Assembly (NCBI GenBank): GCA_037447605.1
Contig: CM074822.1
Span: forward strand, 1,201,492 to 1,265,491
Direction of reading: 5' to 3'
Origin: Zygnema circumcarinatum SAG 698-1b
Taxonomy: Eukaryota > Plantae > Zygnematophyceae
Length of the DNA stretch: 64,000 nucleotides
The translations under genes were made by a program, and so were the position numbers. Under the pieces are notes generated by a model that was not told the DNA's origin, did not search any database, and worked only from the letters and a program-made list of their open reading frames with translations. Position 1 is the first letter of the stretch, and every line of letters begins with the position of its first letter. Shown here piece by piece: positions 35,868-47,221 of this stretch.

Positions 35868-38800
35868 CTAAACAAGCCCTCCAACTCGAGCATAGAACCC
35901 CCCTTTCACATGCTTCAGTTTTCCATCAGTTCCGTAATGCACAGAAATCTGGCGAATTTCGCTCTCATTCACGACCCATGTAACTGCAAACATTAACGCT
36001 TTCCCTAACTGAGGAGCGTTCGGTGCACAAACTGTAACTGGAAACGGAAGATGGGTCAACATGTAGTCCCCATCCCCCCATGACGCTCCCCCTGAAAACC
36101 CTTTCCATTCTACCCCTTCAATTTCTTTGACATGTAATTGGGGAGTGGTCCAAACCTCCCTCCCTACAAACCTTCCTTTGGGCTCATCTCTATGAGGGAC
36201 AAGGTCCCCCTTCTCATGCTTCCATGCATTGCCGTTCCATGTCGCAGTTTGCCGTTCCGTGCTGTTCAACGCATCTTCTAGCAACAGCGCCACAAGGAAC
36301 TTGCCGTTGGCTTCGAATCCGACCGGAACGCTGAAGCGAGCGTCAGGGCCTGCCACACTTTGCAATGGGTTTTTTTTGGTTTTTAGGGTTAGGGTTTTAG
36401 GGTTTTAGGGTTAGGGTTTAGGGTTTTAGGGTTAGAGTTTGGGGTTAGGAGTTCAGGGGTCAGGGTTTAGGGTTAGAGTTTATGATTAGGAGTTCAGGAG
36501 TTTAGGGTTAAAAGTTAGGGTTTAAAGTTAGGGTGTTAGGGTTAGGGTTTAGGGTTTTATGGTTTTAGGGTTTAAGGGTTAGAGTTTGGGGTTAGGAGTT
36601 CAGGGGTCAGGGTTTAGGGTTAGAGTTTACGATTAGGAGTTTAGGGTTTAAGGTTAGGGTTCAAAGTTAGGGTTTAGGGTTTAGGATTTAGGGTTAGGGG
36701 TTAGAGTTTAGGGTTAGGATTTAGGGTATAGGGTTAGGGTTTTAGGGTTTTGGGTTAGGATTTAGGGTATAGGGTTAGGATTTAGGGTTAGAGGTCAAGG
36801 GCTAGGGTTTAGAGTTAGGATTTAGGGTTTAGGGTTAGGGTTTCGGGTTTTATTCTAAGGGATTAGGGTTTAAGGTTAGGATTTAGGGTTTTTGGATTTT
36901 TGGGTTAGGGATAAAGGTTAGGAGCTTAGGGTTTAAAGTTAGAGTGTAGGGATAGATTTCAGGGTGTAGCGTTAGGGTTTGGAGTTTTAGAGTTCGGGTT
37001 TAGGGGTTTCGAAGCAATAGTGTGAGGGAAGATGTAAAAGGGCCCTCATTTCAAAAGGAGGTTTCCATGAACAGGTTGAACAGAGTGGCAGTATGGCGTT
37101 GAACCAATTGAAAGAGAAAGAAGTCATAGCATACATGCTCATGACCCTAAAAACCCTTAAAACCCTAAAAACCCTAAACACCATCTTTTCTAGATATTTT
37201 TCATGCACGGTGGGGACTTGGTATGATCTTGGCTAGGGATGAGGATTTGGTACTACTGGTATCGTTTCTAGGGATGAAATCACGGTTTTTTGTGTTGGGT
37301 TTGGTACTATCTTTTTTAGGGGATGAAAGCAAGTTTTTGTTGTGTTGGATTTGGTACAAAGATCAAGGTGAGTAGGGTAGAGAGTTCACCGATGATCTGG
37401 GAGGGGTGTAATTTGAGGATTAGAGAGATATTTCTGCATGTGAAATTGTCCCCACCGTGTATGAAAAATATCTAGAAAAGATGGTTTTTAGGGATTTTAG
37501 GGTTCTGAGAGTTTTTAGGGTTTTTAGGGTTTCTAGTCCCCACCGTGCATGAAAAATATCTCCACAAAGAGCGGCGCCTTCTCTCCCTCATTCGGCACGC
37601 GGAGCTGCGCCCAAGCGGCGTCTCCCTCGGGCGTGACACATGTCACGCGGTGGTCGGGGCTCTGCGGGTGCGCAATGCCGTCGGCGCGACTGCTCGCCTC
37701 GAGGCGGAGCTCCCACGGGCCGCCCTCCCACCGCCACTGCAACTCGCCGCCGGCTTCGTACCACTGGTTCTGCATGCATCGAGAATTGAGAGTTATTACA
37801 TGATTATATCATATAATATATATAAACAAAACATTGGTGTGGGGGGGGGCGGGGAGCCAAAATAAGAGGGTGGGGTTTCCGAAAGGGGCGGGATATCCAA
37901 AAATGGGGGGCGAGGTATCATTTTCCTTTATGTATTATTGTATTTTTATTTTCTTGTTGTGATTATTGTTGTTGTTAGAGATTATATTATGTTATCATTG
38001 AGAGTTTATATGCAGTGGCGGAGCTGCATGTGTGTTAGCTCCTCGTCGAAGTTTCGAGCTGCTTATGTAACTCTCGCTGGTCGATAACTTTGTAGTCAAA
38101 AGTTTGATGAAGTGATACGAGTTCGGGGGCTCAGCCTTCCCCTGAGATTTTGAAAACTCAACTTTTTTTCATATTATCTTATATAAGTTATGCTGAAAGA
38201 GGGTTTACTTAACCCATCCTCAAAGTTAGACTTAGCCCTCCCCTAAGCAAAAGTCCCTGATCCGCCACTGTTTATATGTGAAGACTATGTAATGATATGT
38301 TCCGGTTGGGGTGTTCTCCCCTTTTGCTATTTCTGTTGTTTTCCTCTGAGCTCTCTAGTGTTTGAGAATCCCTACGAGAATGTTTCAAGTTAAGGGCTGT
38401 GAAGAATGTTTCTAGTACCCTAAAAACCCTAAAAATTCTCCGCCAGAAGCTTTCACATGCGGCCCACCTTGTGAATGACCTTCGTCTTCTCCTCGTTGAC
38501 CGGATTGAACGACCGAATGGAGCGATAGGACTTTACAAAGTGCGGCGAATTGAGAGGCTCCCAAAGGGTCCACTGCCCGTGCCAATGCCGAAAGTGGGCT
38601 GCACTCCACCGCCAATGCTCCTCCCTTGTGAGGACTCTGCCTTCGCCCCTTCCTTCACCAACCCTAACATCACCAGTCATGGCTAGGGGAAGCATGCCAT
38701 CCTTAACATCACCAGCCATGGCTAGGGGAGCCATCAGCTTATTCGAACCATGTTGGATGATGCAATGGGGGGGTCTTTTACAATGCCGATGGTTTTGCCA

Positions 38801-39063
38801 ACCTGCAAGCGAGGAATCAAAGCAAAGGAATAGCTTAAATATCATATTAATAACAACACATAAGGACATAAGAACCTTCTAGAAGCCCTTAAGAAAGAAA
38901 AGAACTGAACTGTTGGCACATATAGAGCCATGTTAGAGCCAGCCATAGAGATGGTTCGAACGAGAGTGCCTTGAGAGGAGGAGGTATGAAGCTTGTGTTG
39001 ACGACCCTTCTTTATGAGAGCGAGTGGAGGCCCGGCATTGGAGAGCAGGCCCATGGCGGCCAT
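35868..39063 (-). CDS. DUF3598-like (cyanobacterial/plastid beta-barrel family) protein; N-terminal exon uncertain
   Basis: Exons 38802-38468, 37769-37544 and 36349-35868 join with matching phases (0 and 1). The motifs WHGQWTLW...SIRSF, FVEIFFMHGPDARFSVPVGFEANGKFLVALLLED and FAVTWVVNESEIRQISVHYGTDGK resemble DUF3598 from recall, not from a search. A transit-peptide-like ORF starts at 39063, but its donor site was not resolved. Confidence 0.55.
36379..36980. repeat. Degenerate telomere-like array (TTAGGG/TTTAGGG on +) in the last intron of the DUF3598-like gene
   Basis: About 600 bp of ttagggtt/tttagggt variants. Confidence 0.9.
37145..37561. repeat. Inverted repeat plus direct copy of the exon/intron junction GATATTTTTCATGCACGGTGGGGAC
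   Basis: The arm at 37145-37217 is the reverse complement of 37448-37525 and, over 26 bp, a perfect reverse complement of 37536-37561, which spans the real donor. Confidence 0.85.
38013..38270. mobile_element. Non-autonomous DNA transposon (MITE), hAT-like, 258 bp, intronic
   Basis: Perfect 10-bp TIRs CAGTGGCGGA...TCCGCCACTG, flanked on both sides by the 8-bp direct repeat TTTATATG (38005-38012 and 38271-38278). Confidence 0.85.
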
Positions 39064-39185
39064 GAGCGGGAGGGGGGTAGGGAGGGAGGGAGGGAGAGGG
39101 AGAGAGAGGACTCACCCACCTCCCTGCATGGAGCTGCAAGACCGCCGGGCCGATGCATGCCGATAGTATCCATAATATCGATGAA

Positions 39186-39285
39186 NNNNNNNNNNNNNNN
39201 NNNNNNNNNNNNNNNNNNNNNNNNNNNNNNNNNNNNNNNNNNNNNNNNNNNNNNNNNNNNNNNNNNNNNNNNNNNNNNNNNNNNN
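39186..39285. other. Scaffold gap (100 N); other 10-N gaps at 10629, 16885, 34581, 40264, 40900 and 44356
   Basis: N runs are visible in the sequence. Confidence 0.99.
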
Positions 39286-39763
39286 GCATGTTCAGAATTC
39301 TCAATACTGAAGAAGGGTGGTATGCAGGATTCTCCCTCGTGTTAAGAAGGGGTCTTTTTAGGGTTTGTAGGTCAATTGGGGCTTTCAGGGGTGGAAAAAC
39401 CTAGTTCAGTAATTCACCTAAATTTATATCTCTCTTTCTCTCTCTCTTTCTCTCTCTCTCTCCTTCTCACTCTCTCTCCCTCTCTCCCTCTTGCTCTCTC
39501 TCTCCTTCTCTCCCTCTTGCTCTCTATCTCTCTCCCTCTCTCTCTCTCTCTCCCTCTCGCTCTCTCTCTCCCTCTCTCTCTCTCTCTCTCCCTCTCCCTC
39601 TCCCTCTCGCTCTCTCTCTCCCTCCTCTCTCTCTCTCTCTCTCCCTCTCCCTCTCCCTCTCCCTCTCCCTCTCTCTCTCCCTCCCTCCCTCCCTCTCTCC
39701 CTCCCTCCCTCCCTCCCTCTCTCCCTCTCTCTCACTCTCTTTTCTATCTTCCTACTCACCTAC

Positions 39764-41220
39764 CTCTACAGTCAGGTAAAAACCCCATTCAGTACCCTAG
39801 AGAGAGCAGAGATGGTTTATTATTGTTCACAGAACTACCTGAAGCAGACCTGCAACGCTCCAACGGACCACATTCTGCACAGAACCACCCTCCCGTTCGC
39901 CTTTGCAGGAAAATCGCTGAAAGACTCGACCAACCTGCAAAGCAAACCTCATAAAAATTTTGATCAAGTGAAACTAAGTTAGCTCTCCCACTCTTCTCTC
40001 TCTCCCCCACCGTTCCTCGACCCCCTCTCCTTCTCTCGCTCTCCCACTCTTTCCCACTCTTGGCCTCGGTCTGTTTCTCCTCTCCTCCCTCTCTCGCTCC
40101 TTCCGACCTCACCCCTCTCCCTCTCCCTCTCCCTCTCTCTCTTGCACTCTCTCTCTCTCTTCTTCGCCCCCATTTTCCCTCGTCTCCCTTACCCTCCTCC
40201 CACTCTCCCACACTTTCACTCTCTTGCCCTCGGTCTGTTTCTCTCTCCCCTCTCCCCCTCGCCNNNNNNNNNNCCTCTCTCTCTCTCTCTCCCTCTCCCT
40301 CTCCCTCTCCCTCTCCCTCTCCCTCTCTCTCTCCCTCCCTCCCTCCCTCTCTCCCTCCCTCCCTCCCTCCCTCTCTCCCTCTCTCTCACTCTCTTTTCTA
40401 TCTTCCTACTCACCTACCTCTACAGTCAGGTAAAAACCCCATTCAGTACCCTAGAGAGAGCAGAGATGGTTTATTATTGTTCACAGAACTACCTGAAGCA
40501 GACCTGCAACGCTCCAACGGACCACATTCTGCACAGAACCACCCTCCCGTTCGCCTTTGCAGGAAAATCGCTGAAAGACTCGACCAACCTGCAAAGCAAA
40601 CCTCATAAAAATTTTGATCAAGTGAAACTAAGTTAGCTCTCCCACTCTTCTCTCTCTCCCCCACCGTTCCTCGACCCCCTCTCCTTCTCTCGCTCTCCCA
40701 CTCTTTCCCACTCTTGGCCTCGGTCTGTTTCTCCTCTCCTCCCTCTCTCGCTCCTTCCGACCTCACCCCTCTCCCTCTCCCTCTCCCTCTCTCTCTTGCA
40801 CTCTCTCTCTCTCTTCTTCGCCCCCATTTTCCCTCGTCTCCCTTACCCTCCTCCCACTCTCCCACACTTTCACTCTCTTGCCCTCGGTCTGTTTCTCTCN
40901 NNNNNNNNNCCCCCCCCCCCCCCCCCAAGAATATAAAATTGGTTTAAAATTTCTAGGATAGACCCTACCACATATTCTTATTTTTACCGCAAGGTCTTCC
41001 ATAACTGCAGCTGCTCAATATATGCAAAATGCACAAGCATCATCGAAAATGATAATTTGAGTGCAATGCTCCTTCAAGCCATGAAGGGAGAGGGCAGGCC
41101 CCCCCTGCTTACCTCCCAGAGCCCATCCAATGGGTCCAAACCCTCTGCAAGGGCAGCTCCGCCAAAGATTTCCACTCCCACCTGCTCCCTCTCTTCCTTT
41201 CCAGCATCAATATTTACTCG

Positions 41221-41270
<50 letters not shown>

Positions 41271-41901
41271 CTTTACTTTTGTTCTCTCTCTTCTCTCTCT
41301 CTCTCGATCTTTACTTTTGTTCTCTCACTCTCTCGCTCTCTCTCTCTATCTTTACTTTTGTTCTCTCTCCTCTCTCTCTCTCTCGATCTTTACTTTTGTT
41401 CTCTCTCTCTCTCTCTCTCTCGATCTTACTTTTGTTCTCTCTCCACTCTCTCTTAAGATCTTTACTTTTGTTCTCTCTCTCTCTCTCTCTCTCGATCTTT
41501 ACTTCTGTTCTCTCTCTCTCTGACACACTTTCACATTCTCCTCGCTACTCCTGCTCTCTTCTGCACATCTCCCTCCCCACTCCCACTCCCACGCCCACTC
41601 CTCTTTCTGACATAGTTATAGAACCGAAAACTATGACTTAAAACCAGAAATGTTTCCAGAAGGCTCTAAAATGTAGAGACGAGTACAATCCCTCTTTGGA
41701 ATTTACCTGCGCTTCTTCAACAGCTGCCCGCTGCTCTGAAGTTGTCCGAGCGCCTCTCTCTGTAGCTTGCAGGGCATTTAAAAGTTTTTTTTTGGCTTCG
41801 GGCAGCCCAGACTGGCCCGGGGGAGGGCACACAAACAGGAGTTACAGCATGTGAGCTGCAGAGGATGGAGGGCCGCTCATACACTGTAGTAGTATGAGAG
41901 G

Positions 41902-41935
<34 letters not shown>

Positions 41936-42590
41936 GAGGGGGAGATAGGGAGAGGGATAAAGGGAGAAGAGAAAGGAGAGAGAAGGATGGAGAGGGCGCC
42001 AAAAGACCTGCGTCCACCGTCCGAGATCGAAGAGGAAAGAGAGGGAGAGAGAGAGAACAAGGGAAAGGGGGACAGTGAGGGGGAGCGGGAGAAGGAACAA
42101 GGGGGGAGTGCGAAGGAAAAAAAGGACGACAGAGAGAGAGAGAGAGAGAAGGGGAAGTGGGGGGGAGAAAGAGAGTGGAGGAAAAGCAGAGATCGAATGC
42201 TATAAAAGGAAAGGGGTTTGAGGCACAGAGAAAGGGAGAGAGAGGGAGAAAGAAGGGGAAGGGAAAGAGAGAGATGGGAAGGGAGAGAGACAGGAAGGGG
42301 GAGAGGATGAGCGAGGCTGGAGATGGAGAGGAGAGGGTGTTCAAATAGAAACTCCCTCATGCATGTCCATTTCTCAAATTAGGGTTTCAGTTGGGCACCT
42401 TCAAGTCTTCATGGAGCTGTACGGATGCGCTTGCTACTGCCGCTCTCGTCTGCAGAATTTTAGGGTTTTTCCGGCTGTGAGGGTTCAGGGCGGTAGGGTT
42501 TAAGCGGAGATGGGAGAGAGGGAGATGGGAGAGGGAGGGAGGGAGAGGAGGCAGACGGAGGGAAGCGGCAAACATGGCTGACGGATGCAT
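39764..42590 (-). CDS. Plastid-lipid-associated protein / fibrillin (PAP_fibrillin, FBN8/PAP10-like); incomplete because of gaps
   Basis: Exon 42590-42399 is transit-peptide-like. Further exons: 41811-41707 (KKKLLNALQATERGARTTSEQRAAVEEAQ), 41181-41113 (LDPLDGLWE), 40588-40493 (VGRVFQRFSCKGEREGGSVQNVVRWSVAGLLQ) and 40450-40418. The last two are duplicated 654 bp lower. The expected YTSAPDV exon and the C-terminus were not found and probably lie in N gaps. Confidence 0.75.
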
Positions 42591-42608
42591 TTCCTCGCCG
42601 CAGGTAGG

Positions 42609-43075
42609 TTTTAGGATTGGGATTTTAGAGTTGGGATTTTAGGGTTAGGATTTTAGGGTTAGGATTTTAAGGTTAAAATTTTATAGGGTTAGGATTAAGG
42701 TTAGGGTTAGGGTTAAGGTTAGAATTTTAGGGTTAGAATTAGGGTTAGGAATAATGTTAGGGTTAGAATTAGAATTTTAGGGTTAGGGTTCAGCGGTATG
42801 GTATTGGTTTAGGATATGTTGACACTCATTAGGGTTAGGGTTGGGGCCAGCAAAGGGAGGGTTAGGGTTTTAGGACTCGTCTGAAGTGAAGCGATTTGAA
42901 GTTGGGGTTAGTGCCTTCTTTAGGTAAGAGGTTGGGAGGGTGGAACTTTAGGGTTTAGCGTTTAGGGTTAAGGTTTTAAATTTTACTTCAGCGTACTGGG
43001 TTTTTAAATTTTTTTCTGTTTCTCAGGGTTTAGGGTTTTAGGGTTTAGGATTTTAGGGTTTCTAGGGTTGTAGGG
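42609..43075. repeat. Degenerate telomere-like repeats upstream of the fibrillin start codon
   Basis: ttagggtt/tttaggg runs at 42609-42850 and 42940-43075. Confidence 0.85.
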
Positions 43076-43450
43076 TTTTTGGAATCTCGGGCTTTCCGAG
43101 AGGTACTGTACGGAATCGGTAATGTACGAAGTACTCCGCGAGCGACCTACGTTTCCTTACAGTGACGTCATTTTCGGTTCTATCGTCACCTTTACAGTAC
43201 TTTTCGGCGAGCGGGCGTTTGTAGGTGACGTCGCCCACTTGCAAACCGACGTCTCAAACCTACCAAAAACTTAAGAAAAGTTTGTCACCAGTGATATTAA
43301 ATAGAACAAGTACCTTTTGCTCCGAAATCTGTATTTACCTTAAGTATTTGTTCGGGTTTCAAAAATACCGAAATTTTGCTTTCAGTAAAATTGACGGTTT
43401 TCTGAGTTTGCGCGCCCTTAAGTTACCGCGAGAGCCTCCGCGCTGGAGCG
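43076..43450. promoter_or_regulatory. Probable shared (divergent) promoter of the fibrillin and CCHC genes
   Basis: Lies between head-to-head genes. Contains TGACGTCA (~43163), TGACGTCG and several GTAC motifs. Inferred from position. Confidence 0.4.
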
Positions 43451-43609
43451 CTAAGATCGAGGGAGAGGGAGGAGAGGGAGAGAGAGAGGAAGCGGAAGAG
43501 AGGGAGAGGAGACCGAGGACAGAGGGAGAGGAAGTGGAGGAGAGGGAGAGGAGACTGAGGAGGGAGAGAGGGAGAAGGAATAGAGAGCGGAGCAGAGGGA
43601 GAGGAAGCC

Positions 43610-46600
43610 ATGGATACGCAGGAGAAGCTGAATATGAGTCTGGACGAGCTCTCGGCGCAGACCAATGGGAGGAGGGGGTCGTACCCCCTCGCGCTGAGGA
43701 AGATGCAGAGGAGGCCTGCGCCCTACAGGCCCTACACGGCCGGGCGGGGAGGTGGCGTGGCCGACAGGCGGCCGAGTTTGGGGAGGGGAGTGGGAAGGTC
43801 GGCACTCGAACGCGTGATTTTAGGGTTAGAGTTAGGGTTAGGAAGTGGGAGAGAGGGAGAGTTAGGGTTAGGGTTAGGGTTAGAGAGTGGGAGAGAGAGG
43901 GAGTTGGGGTTAAGGAGTGGGAGAGAGAGGGAGTTAGGGTTAGGGTTAAGGTTAAGGAGTGGGAGAGAGAGGGAGTTAGGGTTAGGGAGGGGTGTAAGTC
44001 TAGGGTTGAAGAGAGGGGTGGAGGTCAGGGTGAGAGGGAGGGAGTTAGGAGACATGACAGGGGCTTGACTTAAGGTTTGGTTGTTCAGAAGTTTGGGTGT
44101 GCAATATAGCATGAAGGAAGAGGAGTGGAGGCTTGAGCAGCAGTTGGTGGTTTGCTGCTGTTTGAAGAATTGCTGATGGATTTCTAGGTTATATTCTGTT
44201 CAGGGTTAGGGGAGAATAACTTATTTTTGGGGCACTCTAAAGATATGACTTTGGGAACAGGAAGGAGAAGTAGAGGATGGAGGTGGCAGGTGGAGATGAG
44301 GTATAAGAGAGAGGGGAGAGGAGGGCGGAGGGAGGAGGGAGGGGGGAGGAGGGAGNNNNNNNNNNGGAGGGAGGAGGGAGGAGGGACGAGCAAGGAGCGA
44401 GGAGGGAGGAGGAAGGAGGGAGGTGGAGAGGAGAGAGGTGGGAGGAAGGAGGGAGGAGAGGAAGGAGGCTGGTGTTGAGGAAGGGAGGAGGAAGGAGGTT
44501 GAAGGGAGAATGGAGGAGGGTGATGGGACAGGAAGGGAGAGGAGAGGAGGAGAGAGAAGGATGTGTTTGTTGAAAGGATTCTGTGATGATGAAGATGGGA
44601 AATGAAAGGAAGCAGAAGGTGTGGGAGTGAGAGTTGCTGTAAGGAATGAAGGAGAATTTTTCCTGCGTGTAGGAAATTATGATGATGAAGGGAAGTGATG
44701 GCTGGAGAAGGATGGAAGTGTGGATGTGAAGTGGTGATTCTGTGTGGAAGGACGAAGAATGTTAGTATGCTTTTTAGGGTTTCAGAGACATAGGATCGTT
44801 TGCAGTAGGCAGTGAGCCCATCGAAAGAAGGGAAATTTTGACGAGCTTCTGCTTGGACCCATTTCACTGTCCAAGACGATGGAGGAGGCTATACACCTGC
44901 TGAATCCTCATTTGTCTTTTTGCTGGGAAACTCAATCATGACTGGAGGCATAGGTACTGGAAGTATGCGGACTTGTGGGAGCTCTCTCACGTCCGCTCTC
45001 TCTCTCTCTGTCTCAAGTTGTACCTACGGATTTGTGTACATGTGTAAGGTGAGGGAAGAAGTGGAGTTCCGTGCAGGATGGGGATGGAGCGTTGTAACAA
45101 CTGCATGCAAACCGGCCACTTTGCAAGGGACTGCCCTAACGAGACTCTATGCCGTAAATGTGGCCAACCGGGGTCAGTTTCTCTCCCTGCTGCTGAACAA
45201 GCAGATGAACTTAACAGAGTTTTCAGCTTCTGAGTGTGACATTGCTGATTAAAGCCTGCAATTTTACATGTTTTTTTCTTATCCTGTTTCTTTTCTTTGT
45301 TTCACGTTGCAGGCATTTGGGTTACGAGTGCAACAATCCAGTGGTCTGCCACAACTGTAACGAAGAGGGACACCTGGCAGCAGCTTGCCCTTCAGGAACA
45401 TCGAATGAGGGCACAATGTGCTACAACTGTCATGGATTGGGCCACGTGGCAGCCAACTGCCCTTCAAAGGGAGACCCATATGCGGTTGCGCACGTGCCAA
45501 AATCCCAGGTAAGTCGTCAGAGTGTTTAGAGCTAACGTTTTTCCGGGAAAAGAATATGCTATTCACTAAAATCAGAAGAAATGGTTTGAACTAATACCTG
45601 AAGCATGAAAGTAATAATCTGTCAAAGCTACGCATTCAGTCCCGCTGTACGGTCAGTTGCACTTTTATTCCAAAGAATAAATGCAAGAAGGTCATGCTCT
45701 AGACCAACCCCGTTGAGGGAGAGGGAGAGGGAGAGGGAGAGAGAGAGGGAGAGGGAGAGGGAGAGTCTCATCGACAAGAACTCGACCGGTCAGAAACTAA
45801 GCACTAGCAATCCAATAACATTCCTTTGAACACAACAACAGAAGCAACAATCGAAACACTGCCTGAACTAACCGACTGAACCTCACTTCCTAAACATGTT
45901 CCAGCTTTGCAACAACTGCAACAAGCCCGGCCATATTGCTGCCTTCTGCACTGCCGAATCTGCATGCAACAACTGCCGCCAACCCGGTCACCGTGCTATT
46001 GACTGCCCCAACGATCCCGTCTGCAACAAATGTGGAGTCTCTGGCCATTTCGCGCGGGAGTGCACCTCCTCCTCTGCCCAAATGGGACCCATCTGCAGGA
46101 GCTGCGGTTTAGCAGGACATCTCGCAAGGACTTGCCCTAACGGTCGACCATTTGTGGTGAGTCGCAGATGAACAGTCAGAGGTGATGAGGGAGAGGGAGA
46201 GAGTGAGAGAGGGAGAGAGGAGGGGGAGAGGAGGGAGAGAGGGAAAGGGAGGGAGTGAGAGCGAGGGAGAGCGGAGAAAGTGGGGGAGAGCGAGAGTGAG
46301 AGAGGGGGAGAGGAGAGAAGAGAGGGAAAGGGAGGGAGTGAGAGTGAGGGAGAGTGGAGAAAGAGGGGAAGAGCGAGAGTGAGAGAGGGGAGTGGAGAGA
46401 GCGAGGGAAAGGGAGCGAGTGAGAGTGAGGGAGAGTGGAGAGTGGAGAAAGAGGGAGAGAGCGAGAGTGAGAGAGGGGGAGAGGAGAGAGCGAGGGAAAG
46501 GAAGGGAGTGAGAGTGAGGGAGAGTGGAGAGTGGAGAAAGAGGGGGAGAGCGAGAGGGAGAGAACGCGAGAGGCGAGAGAGGAAATCAAGAGGCCATTTT

Positions 46601-47221
46601 TATGAGCTTTATCTCCGTAGTTTTCTGAGTGTAACCTTCCGTTTTTGGGCATCAGGGAAAGTTCACGTCTGTCCGGTTTTTCCCACTCTCTTTCCTTTCC
46701 CCCTCCTCCTCTCCTGTTTGTTGCTTCCGTCCGTCTTGCACACTCTATCCCGCCCACTCTTTTTTCTCTCTTGTTTCTCTTGTTCTCTCCATCTCTCTCC
46801 CCCTCTCCCCTTCCCTTTCCTGCTCCCTCTCGTCCGTGATCTCTCCCTCCCCCTGTTTCTCACTCTTCCCCTTTTGTCCGCTCCCTCTTCTCTCCCCCTC
46901 TCCTCTCCTCTTCTCTCCCCTCTCTCGCCTTCCTCGTTCTCCCTCTATTCGCCCCTCCTCCCTTCCCCCCCTCCCCTGCTCCCCCCCTACTGTCTCCCTC
47001 TGTGTGTAGTCAAATGCTGATGATTTCTTGTGGTGCCCTCCTTTTTCCTTTGCCGGCAGGCTCGTCCCCGTGCTGATGGATTTCTCTGCAACAATTGCAA
47101 GCAGCCCGGCCATCTCGCCAGAGACTGCTCTCGGCTTCCTGTCTGCAACACCTGCGGAGGAAAGGGCCACCTTTCAGTAGACTGCCCCTCTGATCCTTTC
47201 CTCGTTCGTAGGCACGAGTAG
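43610..47221 (+). CDS. CNBP/GIS2-like CCHC zinc-knuckle RNA-binding protein with 10 knuckles, ~297 aa
   Basis: Exons 43610-43797, 45077-45172, 45313-45508, 45905-46156 and 47060-47221, with consistent phases (894 nt). Ten CX2CX4HX4C motifs run from CNNCMQTGHFARDC to CNTCGGKGHLSVDC. Confidence 0.88.
43819..43990. repeat. Telomere-like (TTAGGG) repeats interleaved with GA tracts at the start of CCHC gene intron 1
   Basis: gagttagggttaggg units alternate with agtgggagagagaggg. Confidence 0.8.

Noticed and set aside
39640-40899. 654-bp tandem duplication that repeats two fibrillin exons
   Set aside because: The copies are essentially identical and bounded by 10-N gaps (40264, 40900), typical of overlapping contig ends. 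It is treated as an assembly artefact unless reads span both copies.
43062-43244. Complex-looking 60-aa minus-strand ORF
   Set aside because: It has no ATG start or family motif and lies in the divergent promoter between telomere-like repeats.
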